A DNA stretch of 64,000 bases from Bacteroidota bacterium (GTDB taxonomy: Bacteria > Bacteroidota > Bacteroidia > Flavobacteriales > Flavobacteriaceae): contig JBCDHD010000020.1 of the NCBI GenBank assembly GCA_038750505.1, positions 3,534 through 67,533 of the forward strand. Reading direction: 5' to 3'. A program made the translations under genes and the position numbers. Below the pieces are notes generated by a model, which ran no database searches, was not told the origin of the DNA, and saw nothing but the letters and a program-made list of their open reading frames with translations. This document shows, one piece after another, positions 17,663 through 26,771 of the stretch. Position 1 is the stretch's first letter, and each line of letters opens with the position of its first letter.

Positions 17663-20101
17663 ATGAAATTTGGATATTTTGACGACGACAACAGGGAATA
17701 TGTAATTACCGATCCCGTAACCCCTTGGCCCTGGATCAATTACCTGGGAAATAAAGACTTTTTCTCGCTAATTTCAAATACTGGAGGGGGCTATTCCTTT
17801 TACATGGATGCTAAATTCCGAAGGTTAACCCGATACCGCTATAACAACCTGCCTATGGATTCGGGAGGCCGGTATTTCTACATCAAGGATGGAGATACCT
17901 TCTGGTCCCCAGGCTGGAAACCTTGTAAGACGGCACTTGATGCCTATGAATGTAGACATGGGATGAATTATACCAAGATCCGGGGAGAAAAAGATGGTAT
18001 TTCGGCTGAGGCGTTGTTCTTTGTTCCCCTTAACACTCATGCGGAAGTCCAAAAGTTAACGCTGTCCAATACAACACAATCACCCAAAAGCCTGAAACTA
18101 TTTTCGTTCACGGAATGGGCACTATGGAATGCTGTTGCTGATATGGAAAACTTCCAGCGGAACTTTTCTACAGGCGAGGTGGAAATTGAGGGTTCTACCT
18201 TATATCACAAAACGGAATACCGGGAACGACGGAATCATTATGCGTTTTATTCTGTTAACACAGCTATTGACGGTTATGATACCGACCGTGAATCATTTAT
18301 GGGCCTATATAACGGTTTTCATGAGCCCCAGGCAGTTATTGATGGCCAACCAAGAATGAGTGAAGCCCATGGTTGGTCGCCCATAGCCTCTCATTATATT
18401 GCGCTGGAACTTCAGCCTGGAGAGTCCAAGGACTTGGTGTTTGTCCTGGGATACATCGAAAACGAAGAACAGGAAAAGTGGGCGTCAAAAGGCATCATCA
18501 ACAAGGAGAAAGCCCATCGCCTCATTGAAAAATTCAATACTGCCGAGAAAGTGGATGCGGCCCTAGCGGAGCTCAAAGCCTACTGGAAGGAACTGCTTAG
18601 TGTATATACCGTAACTACAGGAGACGAGAAGTTAGATCGTATGGTGAATATCTGGAACCAGTACCAGTGTATGATCACTTTCTGTTTCTCCAGATCTGCT
18701 TCTTTCTTTGAAAGTGGTATTGGCCGTGGTATGGGATTCCGCGATTCTAATCAGGATTTGATTGGTTTTGTACATCAAATACCGGAAAGGGCCCGGGAAA
18801 GGATCATTGATATTGCTTCAACGCAATTTCCAGACGGCAGTTGCTATCACCAATACCAACCCTTAACGAAGAAAGGGAATAACGATATAGGGAGTGGATT
18901 TAACGATGATCCTTTATGGTTGATTTTAGGGACCACAGCTTACTTAAAGGAGACCGGAGATTGGTCTATCCTGAAAGAACAGGTGCCCTATGATAACGAT
19001 GATAGTCTGGCGCAATCCCTATTTCACCATCTGACCGTTTCCTTTGATCATGTAGTGAACAATTTAGGGCCGCACGGACTACCCTTGATCGGAAGGGCGG
19101 ATTGGAACGACTGCCTTAACCTCAATTGTTTTTCCAAAGATCCCAACGAATCCTTTCAAACCACCGAAAACCAGACCTCCGGCAGCCAAGCAGAATCGCT
19201 TATGATTGCCGGGCTCTTTGTGGTCTATGGCCGGGAATACGTGGAATTATGTAAGGTCTTAAAAAAAGAACAGGAAGCGGAAAGAGCCCAACAGCAGATA
19301 GACCACATGGTTAAGGCAATAAAAGAACATGGCTGGGATGGAGAATGGTTTTTAAGAGCCTATGATTTCTATGGAAATAAGATAGGAAGCCAGGAAAATG
19401 AAGAGGGACAGATCTTTATAGAGTCAAATGGTTGGTGTAGTATGGCAGGTATCGGCCTTAAAGAGGGCCTGGTAGAAAAAGCACTTAACTCGGTAAAGGA
19501 AAAACTGGACTGTAACTACGGTATCGTGCTAAATCATCCGGCCTATACTAAATACCATATTGAATATGGTGAAATATCCACATATCCTGAGGGGTACAAG
19601 GAAAATGCCGGAATATTCTGCCACAACAATCCCTGGATCATAATTGGTGAGACGGTATTAGGTCGTGGGGATCAGGCCTGGGAATATTTCAAAAAAATAT
19701 GCCCTGCTTATTTGGAAGAGATCAGCGAACTCCACAAAACCGAACCCTATGTGTACGCACAAATGATAGCCGGTAAAGATGCCTTTAAACCTGGTGAAGC
19801 CAAGAATTCGTGGTTAACTGGTACCGCAGCCTGGAACTTCTACACCATCAGCCAGTATATACTGGGTATTCGACCAACCTACGAAGGGCTGGAAATTGAT
19901 CCCTGTATCCCGGCAAATTGGGAAGCATTTCAGGTAACACGAAAATTCCGAGGCGCTACTTTTGCGATCACTGTGAAAAATCCAAATCAGGTAAATAAAG
20001 GGGTAAAACAACTCTACATTGATGGTAAAGAACATATCGGAAAGCCTGTAATTCCTATTCTTCCCAAAGGGCATTATAAGGTAGATGTTGAACTGGGCTA
20101 A
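17663..20101 (+). CDS. GH94 glycoside phosphorylase (cellobiose/chitobiose/laminaribiose-phosphorylase type)
   Basis: [29 protein letters not shown] is the canonical GH94 N-terminus. It also has the [10 protein letters not shown] catalytic-Asp motif and is about 810 aa. Confidence 0.9.
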   Translation: MKFGYFDDDNREYVITDPVTPWPWINYLGNKDFFSLISNTGGGYSFYMDAKFRRLTRYRYNNLPMDSGGRYFYIKDGDTFWSPGWKPCKTALDAYECRHGMNYTKIRGEKDGISAEALFFVPLNTHAEVQKLTLSNTTQSPKSLKLFSFTEWALWNAVADMENFQRNFSTGEVEIEGSTLYHKTEYRERRNHYAFYSVNTAIDGYDTDRESFMGLYNGFHEPQAVIDGQPRMSEAHGWSPIASHYIALELQPGESKDLVFVLGYIENEEQEKWASKGIINKEKAHRLIEKFNTAEKVDAALAELKAYWKELLSVYTVTTGDEKLDRMVNIWNQYQCMITFCFSRSASFFESGIGRGMGFRDSNQDLIGFVHQIPERARERIIDIASTQFPDGSCYHQYQPLTKKGNNDIGSGFNDDPLWLILGTTAYLKETGDWSILKEQVPYDNDDSLAQSLFHHLTVSFDHVVNNLGPHGLPLIGRADWNDCLNLNCFSKDPNESFQTTENQTSGSQAESLMIAGLFVVYGREYVELCKVLKKEQEAERAQQQIDHMVKAIKEHGWDGEWFLRAYDFYGNKIGSQENEEGQIFIESNGWCSMAGIGLKEGLVEKALNSVKEKLDCNYGIVLNHPAYTKYHIEYGEISTYPEGYKENAGIFCHNNPWIIIGETVLGRGDQAWEYFKKICPAYLEEISELHKTEPYVYAQMIAGKDAFKPGEAKNSWLTGTAAWNFYTISQYILGIRPTYEGLEIDPCIPANWEAFQVTRKFRGATFAITVKNPNQVNKGVKQLYIDGKEHIGKPVIPILPKGHYKVDVELG

Positions 20102-20268
20102 ATAGCGATATTAAACCCAGATCATCCTATGCTTTTGTTCCAACCTCCGGTGGTACCATACGATCAAGTCCATGGCACCTTATTCCGACCGCTTTGTCGG
20201 TTATATTTCATTGTTTGTTACTTTTAACCTGTTGCACTATTTATTTATGCTGTTGAATACTATAAAGC

Positions 20269-22194
20269 ATGGAACCCATGAGATACCTCTTTTTGATCCT
20301 CTTGATTTTTGTAGGGTTAGGTGCTGCACATCCCCAACAGAAAATTGAGTTCCCTGATACGATCAAGGACATCATTATCAATGCTAATACAGGAGTGGTA
20401 TTGGCTAGAACAGGGAAAGGACTCTACGGAATAAGCCCAAACAGCGAAGCAATACTATGGCAAAATAACACCTTGGGCAAGGTTGATTTTTCATCTTATT
20501 ATGAAATCCCTTTTACGCCTTTGGTCATTTTTGAAAGCAAACCAGCGGTTAACTCCAAACTACTTTCCAACACGGTCAATGCCAAAGGTACTTCACGTAG
20601 GATCGTAAACGTTACCAATGGCACGTTGCTCTTTGATTCCGAAAAAGTTGGATTCAAATCGGTTAACCGCACCCTCTTAATTCCTGAACACAAGGCCATA
20701 CTGGTAGACGGTATTAAGGATAAGGAATTGGCGGTAGCCCTTTATCTCACTGATGATCAGAAAATGGCATGGCAAATTAACCTTACCAATTCTTCCTTTT
20801 TCAACAACCTTAAAGGCACCCTTTTTGAGCAAGAAAAGATCCTCCTGGATAGGGATCAGAACGTTTTTTGGTTACGAAACAATCACCTGTTACAGATCAA
20901 CGCCAACTCAGGAGAAATTGCTTATCAGCAGGAAAATGTTGCGTCCGTCGCCATCAACACTTCAAAAGATGTGATCTATCTATTTTCAAATGCTAACCAG
21001 GCGGAAAAACTAAAGCGTGAGACGGCCATAATGGCCTATTCTGTTAAAGAAATGCAACCCCTGTGGGATACGATAGCAAAAGTGAGAGGTGCTATCCGGG
21101 AAACCGCCTTTGACGGCGATAAAATGATTGCTATTACTACTACTGGATTTAACATACTGGATAGAAAAGGAACTAAACAATGGGAAGCCATGGCATCGCT
21201 CCCCCTTATCAAAAAGATCGTTCCTATAGCACAGGGCTTTCTGGTAGTACAAGAAAAGTTCTTATCGCGTATTGGACAGGACGGTAAAAAAGTATGGAAA
21301 GATCCTTTAAAAATCTCGCTTTCCAATGACGAACGTCCGGTATATCTATTTGAGACGGATTCCACTGCGCTATACGTTACCCCTTCCAGGGCCAATAAAA
21401 TTGCTATTTCCAATGGGGAAAAATTTTGGGATGACGTTATTTTAAATGATGCTGATTTTATTTCGCGAAACCTAAAGCTCAAACTACCGTCCCATCGTAT
21501 CTGGTATGACAGTATTGCAAAACAATACCCTGTATACAGCGACAATGCCCTATACCTATTGAAGGATAGTGCAAAGCATACGCCCCAATCTATCTATTCT
21601 TTCGATTTTGGAAAGTCCATCCCGGAGCTACAAATGGGAACATACGGTTATTTTATGAGTAACAACAACCACTATTTTCTATTCAACAGTTCCGGTGATC
21701 TGGAATACCAAAAAAAATATCCTTCAAACAGAACATCTTCCATTTTTAGAGAATCTGTGTATTATTTAAAGCGGGGGCTGGGAACGTATAGGGCTGCTAC
21801 TTCCTTCATTTACAATCAGGCTATTGAAAGTTTCAGTAGTACTGTAGCTTCCGGCAATCTCGGGTTTTTGACGAATTTGGGATCCGGTGTATATGGTTCC
21901 TACCAATTGTATCAGGATCCCAAAAAAATTGTTGCCAACCTGGAAGAACTTGGGTTCAGTACCGGACTGGAAAATGTATTTAAACGAATTCAAAAAGGGA
22001 AAGAAAGAGAGGACGCTATTTTGATAGTAGCACCTAAGGAAAATAATACCAAAGATGTGATTCGGTTGCATATCCCAACCGGGAAAGAGGAACTGCTCAA
22101 GCAATTAGGAGAGGAAAGGAAATTTGTAATAGATCAGGTGGAAAATATTATCTATTCCCTCAACAAAAAAGAAATTTATATTGAACGCCTATAA
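20269..22194 (+). CDS. hypothetical secreted protein, beta-propeller-like repeats
   Basis: Signal peptide ..YLFLILLIFVGLGAA. Recurrent x-W-x motifs at roughly regular spacing (ILWQNN, MAWQIN, PLWDTI, KQWEAM, KVWKDP, KFWDDV) resemble PQQ-like propeller blades. Confidence 0.65.
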   Translation: MEPMRYLFLILLIFVGLGAAHPQQKIEFPDTIKDIIINANTGVVLARTGKGLYGISPNSEAILWQNNTLGKVDFSSYYEIPFTPLVIFESKPAVNSKLLSNTVNAKGTSRRIVNVTNGTLLFDSEKVGFKSVNRTLLIPEHKAILVDGIKDKELAVALYLTDDQKMAWQINLTNSSFFNNLKGTLFEQEKILLDRDQNVFWLRNNHLLQINANSGEIAYQQENVASVAINTSKDVIYLFSNANQAEKLKRETAIMAYSVKEMQPLWDTIAKVRGAIRETAFDGDKMIAITTTGFNILDRKGTKQWEAMASLPLIKKIVPIAQGFLVVQEKFLSRIGQDGKKVWKDPLKISLSNDERPVYLFETDSTALYVTPSRANKIAISNGEKFWDDVILNDADFISRNLKLKLPSHRIWYDSIAKQYPVYSDNALYLLKDSAKHTPQSIYSFDFGKSIPELQMGTYGYFMSNNNHYFLFNSSGDLEYQKKYPSNRTSSIFRESVYYLKRGLGTYRAATSFIYNQAIESFSSTVASGNLGFLTNLGSGVYGSYQLYQDPKKIVANLEELGFSTGLENVFKRIQKGKEREDAILIVAPKENNTKDVIRLHIPTGKEELLKQLGEERKFVIDQVENIIYSLNKKEIYIERL

Positions 22195-22613
22195 TTCGGT
22201 TAGTCCAACAAAAATAGAGCTTCGGGATACTTCTAGATTCATATTTCTAATGACATGCTGCGTCCTGAATCTCAAACAAAATAATGGAATATGTACCAAA
22301 ACCAGAAAAGGGATGCAATGTGATGATCTTCGTATCCTATATCTGTAATAAAGGTAGAAAACGCCTTTCTTGCTACCATTGCGTCGCATTCACTTTACCT
22401 TTTTTGGGATAAGGAAGTATCGTATAAACTCTGAGCAAAAGGTAGCCTAGTTCGTTCCGGATTATGGAAAAAATAATTGCCCCTCTTCTGAAATACCACC
22501 CATTTTCCAAAAATATATACACGCCTCTGCAAAATTTATATCTTCAAGATGACCAACAAGATTAATTTTGTCACCAAAACATAGAGGTAAATTGATAATT
22601 CCTCGAAACAAAT

Positions 22614-23753
22614 ATGTCCTTGAAACAACTCAAAAAAATAGTAACACGAATGCTACTGTCTATAGTCATCCTCATTGCTTCTTTGGTTCTTATTTATCTG
22701 GCCTTTGTTAATTTTTACCCCTCTTTTGGTGGCAATGTGAATAAAGAAAGACAGGTGCTGTATGAAACTTCACAGCAGTTTAGCGAAGGAAAGTTTATGA
22801 ACACAAAAAGGGAAGTTCCTGAGGCTATGCGTTTTTCCAAGATGCTCTCTGTGAGTCGAAAGTTTTTTTTCGAAAAGGTTGAAAACGGAAGGCCTAAGAA
22901 AGACTTGGAGGTTCAAAAAATAGACTCTATTGCCCTTGCCGACCATAGTGGTGGAACACGACTGATATGGTTTGGACATTCTGCTTTTCTCTTGCAGATG
23001 AAGGGGAAAAACATTCTTATAGATCCCATGCTTGGCCCCGTTCCTGCGCCACATCCTTGGATGGGCTCCAGACGCTTCAATTTAGATGTGCCCATTGCGG
23101 TCAAAAAACTTCCAAAAATTGATGCTGTGGTTATTTCCCACGACCACTATGACCATCTGGACTATGACTCCATCAAAAAACTAAAGGACAAGGTAGACGC
23201 CTATTTTGTGCCACTTGGTGTAGGGGTACACCTGGAAGCTTGGGGCGTGGATGCCAACAACATCACCGAAATGGACTGGTGGGAAGAGACCACATTTAAA
23301 AGTATACAACTGGTGTGCACTCCAGCACAACATTTTTCAGGCCGGAAGTTTACCAATGGCCAGAGTACCTTATGGAGTTCCTGGGTGATTACATCCGATA
23401 GCACATCGCTCTACTTTAGTGGTGATGGTGGTTATGGCCCTCATTTTAAACAAATAGGTGAACGATATGGTCCCTTTGATTTTGCCATGATGGAATGTGG
23501 GCAGTACAACAAAATGTGGCCGGACATCCATATGTTTCCTGAAGAAACTGCCCAGGCGGGCATTGACGTGCAGGCCAAAACCCTTATGCCCATACATTGG
23601 GGTGCCTTTAAATTGGCCCTGCACTCCTGGACCGACCCCATAGAACGAGTTTCCAAAAAAGCCCAAGAGTTGCAATTGCCCTTGGTTGCACCACAGATTG
23701 GGGAGCCTATTGTGATTGATGAACTCCCAAAACCAACCACGATTTGGTGGTAA
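22614..23753 (+). CDS. MBL-fold metallo-hydrolase (NAPE-PLD-like), membrane-anchored
   Basis: N-terminal TM LLSIVILIASLVLIYLAF. Metal motif VISHDHYDHLD. Confidence 0.8.
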   Translation: MSLKQLKKIVTRMLLSIVILIASLVLIYLAFVNFYPSFGGNVNKERQVLYETSQQFSEGKFMNTKREVPEAMRFSKMLSVSRKFFFEKVENGRPKKDLEVQKIDSIALADHSGGTRLIWFGHSAFLLQMKGKNILIDPMLGPVPAPHPWMGSRRFNLDVPIAVKKLPKIDAVVISHDHYDHLDYDSIKKLKDKVDAYFVPLGVGVHLEAWGVDANNITEMDWWEETTFKSIQLVCTPAQHFSGRKFTNGQSTLWSSWVITSDSTSLYFSGDGGYGPHFKQIGERYGPFDFAMMECGQYNKMWPDIHMFPEETAQAGIDVQAKTLMPIHWGAFKLALHSWTDPIERVSKKAQELQLPLVAPQIGEPIVIDELPKPTTIWW

Positions 23754-24223
23754 TGCTACAAAATGGCAAACCGCCCATGACAAGAGCGGAAAAATGTATG
23801 CGATGCTTTTAAGCTAGCGTAATAGTTTAACAAAAAGATAGGATCTAATACAACTGTCATCAATAGGGATGTTGATGTGGGGTAGCGCTATGCTTGGCGT
23901 ATTTCGCTGGCATTTTGACTTTTAAAAAACTACAACTCAATGCTTATCCGACGGGAACGCGGGTTGTGCATTGGGTACCTATTGGCATAACCGGTTGCGT
24001 ATTTCTCCCGGGGTAGGTAACACAATAGAAATGGGCTCCATTAACGATGGTAGTAGTGTTTTCCAATTAGCAGTTTTGTGCACAATGCAAACCTTAGGCC
24101 TTATATCTGCCCGATGGGGATATTCACAATATTTTTGGGAATGGGTCGTATATGTTGTTCATTCATTTTTTTATTTGTATCTCCTATCTCAAAAGCCCTT
24201 TTTTGGGCATTAAATACTTCTAA

Positions 24224-24877
24224 ATGAAAAAGGCGATTATAGCGGGCGCCTCCGGAATGATAGGCAATTTGATATTGGAACACTGCCTGGTTTCTGCTGA
24301 TGTAGCGGAAGTTACCTCCTTGGTTCGAAGAAAAACAAATAAAGAACATTCCAAGCTTAAAGAGGTTGCTGTAGACAACTTCGAAGAATATTCTGAGCAG
24401 ATCGATTTGTTTCTGAATGTAGACATTGCCTTTTTCTGTATTGGGGTCTATACGGGGCAAGTGTCCGATAAAGAATTTAAAAAAATTACTGTTGATTATG
24501 CTGTTGCATTTGCGAAAGCTGTTAGATCCGGAAATCCAAATGCCAGCTTATGCCTCTTAAGTGGTGCCGGTGCTGACCGTACCGAAAAGAGTATTGCTTC
24601 TTTTTCCCGATACAAGGGAATGGCCGAAAATCAAATTGCCGAACTAGGGCTACATTTTTATGCGTTTAGACCAGGATATATATACCCGGTAACTCCTCGT
24701 AAAGCACCCAATATAATGTACCATATTTTGCGAATACTCTACCCCTTGATACGGTTGGCAGGATCAAATAGCAGTATCAAATCTAACCAATTGGCAGAAG
24801 CCATGTTTAAAGTGGCAATACATGGTGCCAACACTGAAGTATTGGAAAACAAGACCATTTTGTCGTATCTCCGTTGA
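24224..24877 (+). CDS. NAD(P)H-binding protein (atypical SDR)
   Basis: MKKAIIAGASGMIGNLILEHCL Rossmann motif. Size is about 217 aa. Confidence 0.75.
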   Translation: MKKAIIAGASGMIGNLILEHCLVSADVAEVTSLVRRKTNKEHSKLKEVAVDNFEEYSEQIDLFLNVDIAFFCIGVYTGQVSDKEFKKITVDYAVAFAKAVRSGNPNASLCLLSGAGADRTEKSIASFSRYKGMAENQIAELGLHFYAFRPGYIYPVTPRKAPNIMYHILRILYPLIRLAGSNSSIKSNQLAEAMFKVAIHGANTEVLENKTILSYLR

Positions 24878-25220
24878 ATGCTTTTAGGGAAACACTCGCC
24901 ACACTCATGTTAAACCCGAAAAATCTATATGCCCCCGGAGGAAGGTATCAATGACTTGTTGGTAAGCAGGGAAATTTGAGTAACGAAAACGTGAAGATAG
25001 AACAACTGACTGCTACACATCGTAGCATTTGAAAGGATAGCGTCATCGACGTAACACCCGAACGGGTTGGGTTGGTTTTAACCGATACGGTCTCTTATCA
25101 GATGTGAGCTGCATCTTTTGCAGATATTCAAGGTAGAGGTAAGTAGGGCCGAACGCAGTGCGTATGCAAAAAGGGAAGATGTCTTTAACTCTTACGGTCA
25201 AGGTAGTATCTCTTGATCTC

Positions 25221-26042
25221 CTACCCCAGCCCAACATCCAGGGTCATCATAATGATAAAGCCCCCTATAAAGCCTAAGGTAGCGATATCGGTGTACTTGT
25301 CCCGTTGTGTCTCCGGGATCACTTCTTCTACTACCACAAAGATCATCGCACCGGCTGCAAAAGCTAGCGCGTAGGGTAAAATAGGCTCAAAGGTCAATAC
25401 CGCCCATGCGCCTAAAACACCAGCTATAGGCTCTACAAGAGCAGAGGCCTGTCCATACATCCAGCTTTTTCGTCGGCTTAGACCCTGTCTCCGCATTGGC
25501 ACAGCTACGGCAAATCCTTCCGGGAAGTTTTGTAATCCAATCCCCAGCGCTAAGGCAACAGCACCACCAATGGTAGCACCTTCAAATCCCGAAGCAACAC
25601 CACCAAAAAGAACTCCCACAGCCAGGCCTTCAGGAATGTTATGAAGGGTTATGGCTAACACCAATAAGGTAGTACGATGCCAGGGGGTCTTCACCCCTTC
25701 TGCTTCACTAATTTTAAAATTGATGTGTAGGTGAGGCAATACCTTATCCAACCCATAGATAAAAAGTGCTCCTAGCAAAAACCCAACAGCCGCCGGTAGT
25801 ACCTTAATAAAACCTTCCCCTTCACTCATGGCAATACCAGGAGCTAATAAGCTCCAAAAACTGGCCGCTACCATAACCCCTCCGGTAAATCCCAACATGC
25901 CATCCATCAAGGAACGTTTCGGATTCTTAAATAGGAAAACCAGTCCTGCACCGGCTGCGGTTAGTCCCCAGGTGAACAAGGTGGCATACAAAGCGGCTAA
26001 AATGGGATCAATACTTTCGAAATAGTCAATTACCTGTTGCAT
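25221..26042 (-). CDS. zupT: ZIP-family divalent metal transporter
   Basis: HNIPEGLAVG and QNFPEGFAV motifs, with 8 hydrophobic segments. Confidence 0.85.
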   Translation of the reverse strand: MQQVIDYFESIDPILAALYATLFTWGLTAAGAGLVFLFKNPKRSLMDGMLGFTGGVMVAASFWSLLAPGIAMSEGEGFIKVLPAAVGFLLGALFIYGLDKVLPHLHINFKISEAEGVKTPWHRTTLLVLAITLHNIPEGLAVGVLFGGVASGFEGATIGGAVALALGIGLQNFPEGFAVAVPMRRQGLSRRKSWMYGQASALVEPIAGVLGAWAVLTFEPILPYALAFAAGAMIFVVVEEVIPETQRDKYTDIATLGFIGGFIIMMTLDVGLG

Positions 26043-26045
26043 GGT

Positions 26046-26699
26046 CTATTCTTTTTTTACGTATAGGTTGGTTGCAATTAGATGGGAAATATGAAATTGC
26101 CGGCGATCAATTTGAATTCGAAGAGAATCGTCAAATTCCTCTTTCTCCAAAACCTCAATAGTATCTCCAAGTGCAATTTTGTTTTTATCCAGAAATTTTA
26201 AAAAAGCAGAGGAGGTATCCTTCACCCCCACACAAACGCCTTTAGCCTGTACAGGCAATTCGCTTAATAACTGCTTGTCTCGTTCTTTGAACTCGCCTGT
26301 CTTAGAAGGAATTGGGTCGCCGTGCGGATCATATTTGGGATACTCTAACAAAGCGTCTAGTTGGTCTATGAGTTTTTCACTTTTGATGTGTTCTAATTGC
26401 TCCGCCACTTCATGCACCTCATCCCAGGTAAAATCCAGTTTTTTTACTAAAAACACCTCCCAAAGCCGATGTTTCCGAATAATAGCAAGGGCCTTTTCGA
26501 TCCCTAATTCCGTTAATGAAACGCCCTGATACTTTACATAGGTTACCAGCTTCTTCTCCGCCAGCTTTTTCGCCATATCCGTAACAGAGGAAGGTTTGGT
26601 ATCCATTTCCTCAGCAATAGCATTGGTAGCAATGGGTTGGGATGCCGCACCCCCCAGATGAAAAATGGCCTTGATATAGTTTTCTTCAGCTCGCGTCAA
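26046..26699 (-). CDS. mntR: DtxR/MntR-family metal-dependent repressor with C-terminal FeoA/SH3-like domain
   Basis: MTRAEENYIKAIFHLGG...SVTDMAKKLAEKKLVTYVKYQGVSLTELG...HRLWEVFL is the DtxR N-domain and dimerisation helix. It lies 3 nt upstream of the ZIP gene. Confidence 0.8.
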   Translation of the reverse strand: MTRAEENYIKAIFHLGGAASQPIATNAIAEEMDTKPSSVTDMAKKLAEKKLVTYVKYQGVSLTELGIEKALAIIRKHRLWEVFLVKKLDFTWDEVHEVAEQLEHIKSEKLIDQLDALLEYPKYDPHGDPIPSKTGEFKERDKQLLSELPVQAKGVCVGVKDTSSAFLKFLDKNKIALGDTIEVLEKEEFDDSLRIQIDRRQFHISHLIATNLYVKKE

Positions 26700-26744
26700 A
26701 ACGATTATTTTTTCAAATGTACATTTTATTTGTCAAAAAGTATT

Positions 26745-26760
26745 TTTAGATTTGTCTAAA
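26745..26760. promoter_or_regulatory. candidate DtxR/MntR operator in the 72-bp divergent promoter
   Basis: Perfect inverted repeat TTTAGA-tttg-TCTAAA. The outer TTAG...CTAA matches the arms of DtxR-type boxes. Confidence 0.4.
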
Positions 26761-26771
26761 TTATAATTTTT

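Noticed and set aside
23971-24213. 80-aa plus-strand ORF and 119-aa minus-strand ORF (24101-24460) in the gap before the NAD(P)H-binding gene
   Set aside because: Neither has recognisable motifs. The minus-strand ORF overlaps the well-supported 24224-24877 gene. The region is better explained as a decayed regulator plus promoter.
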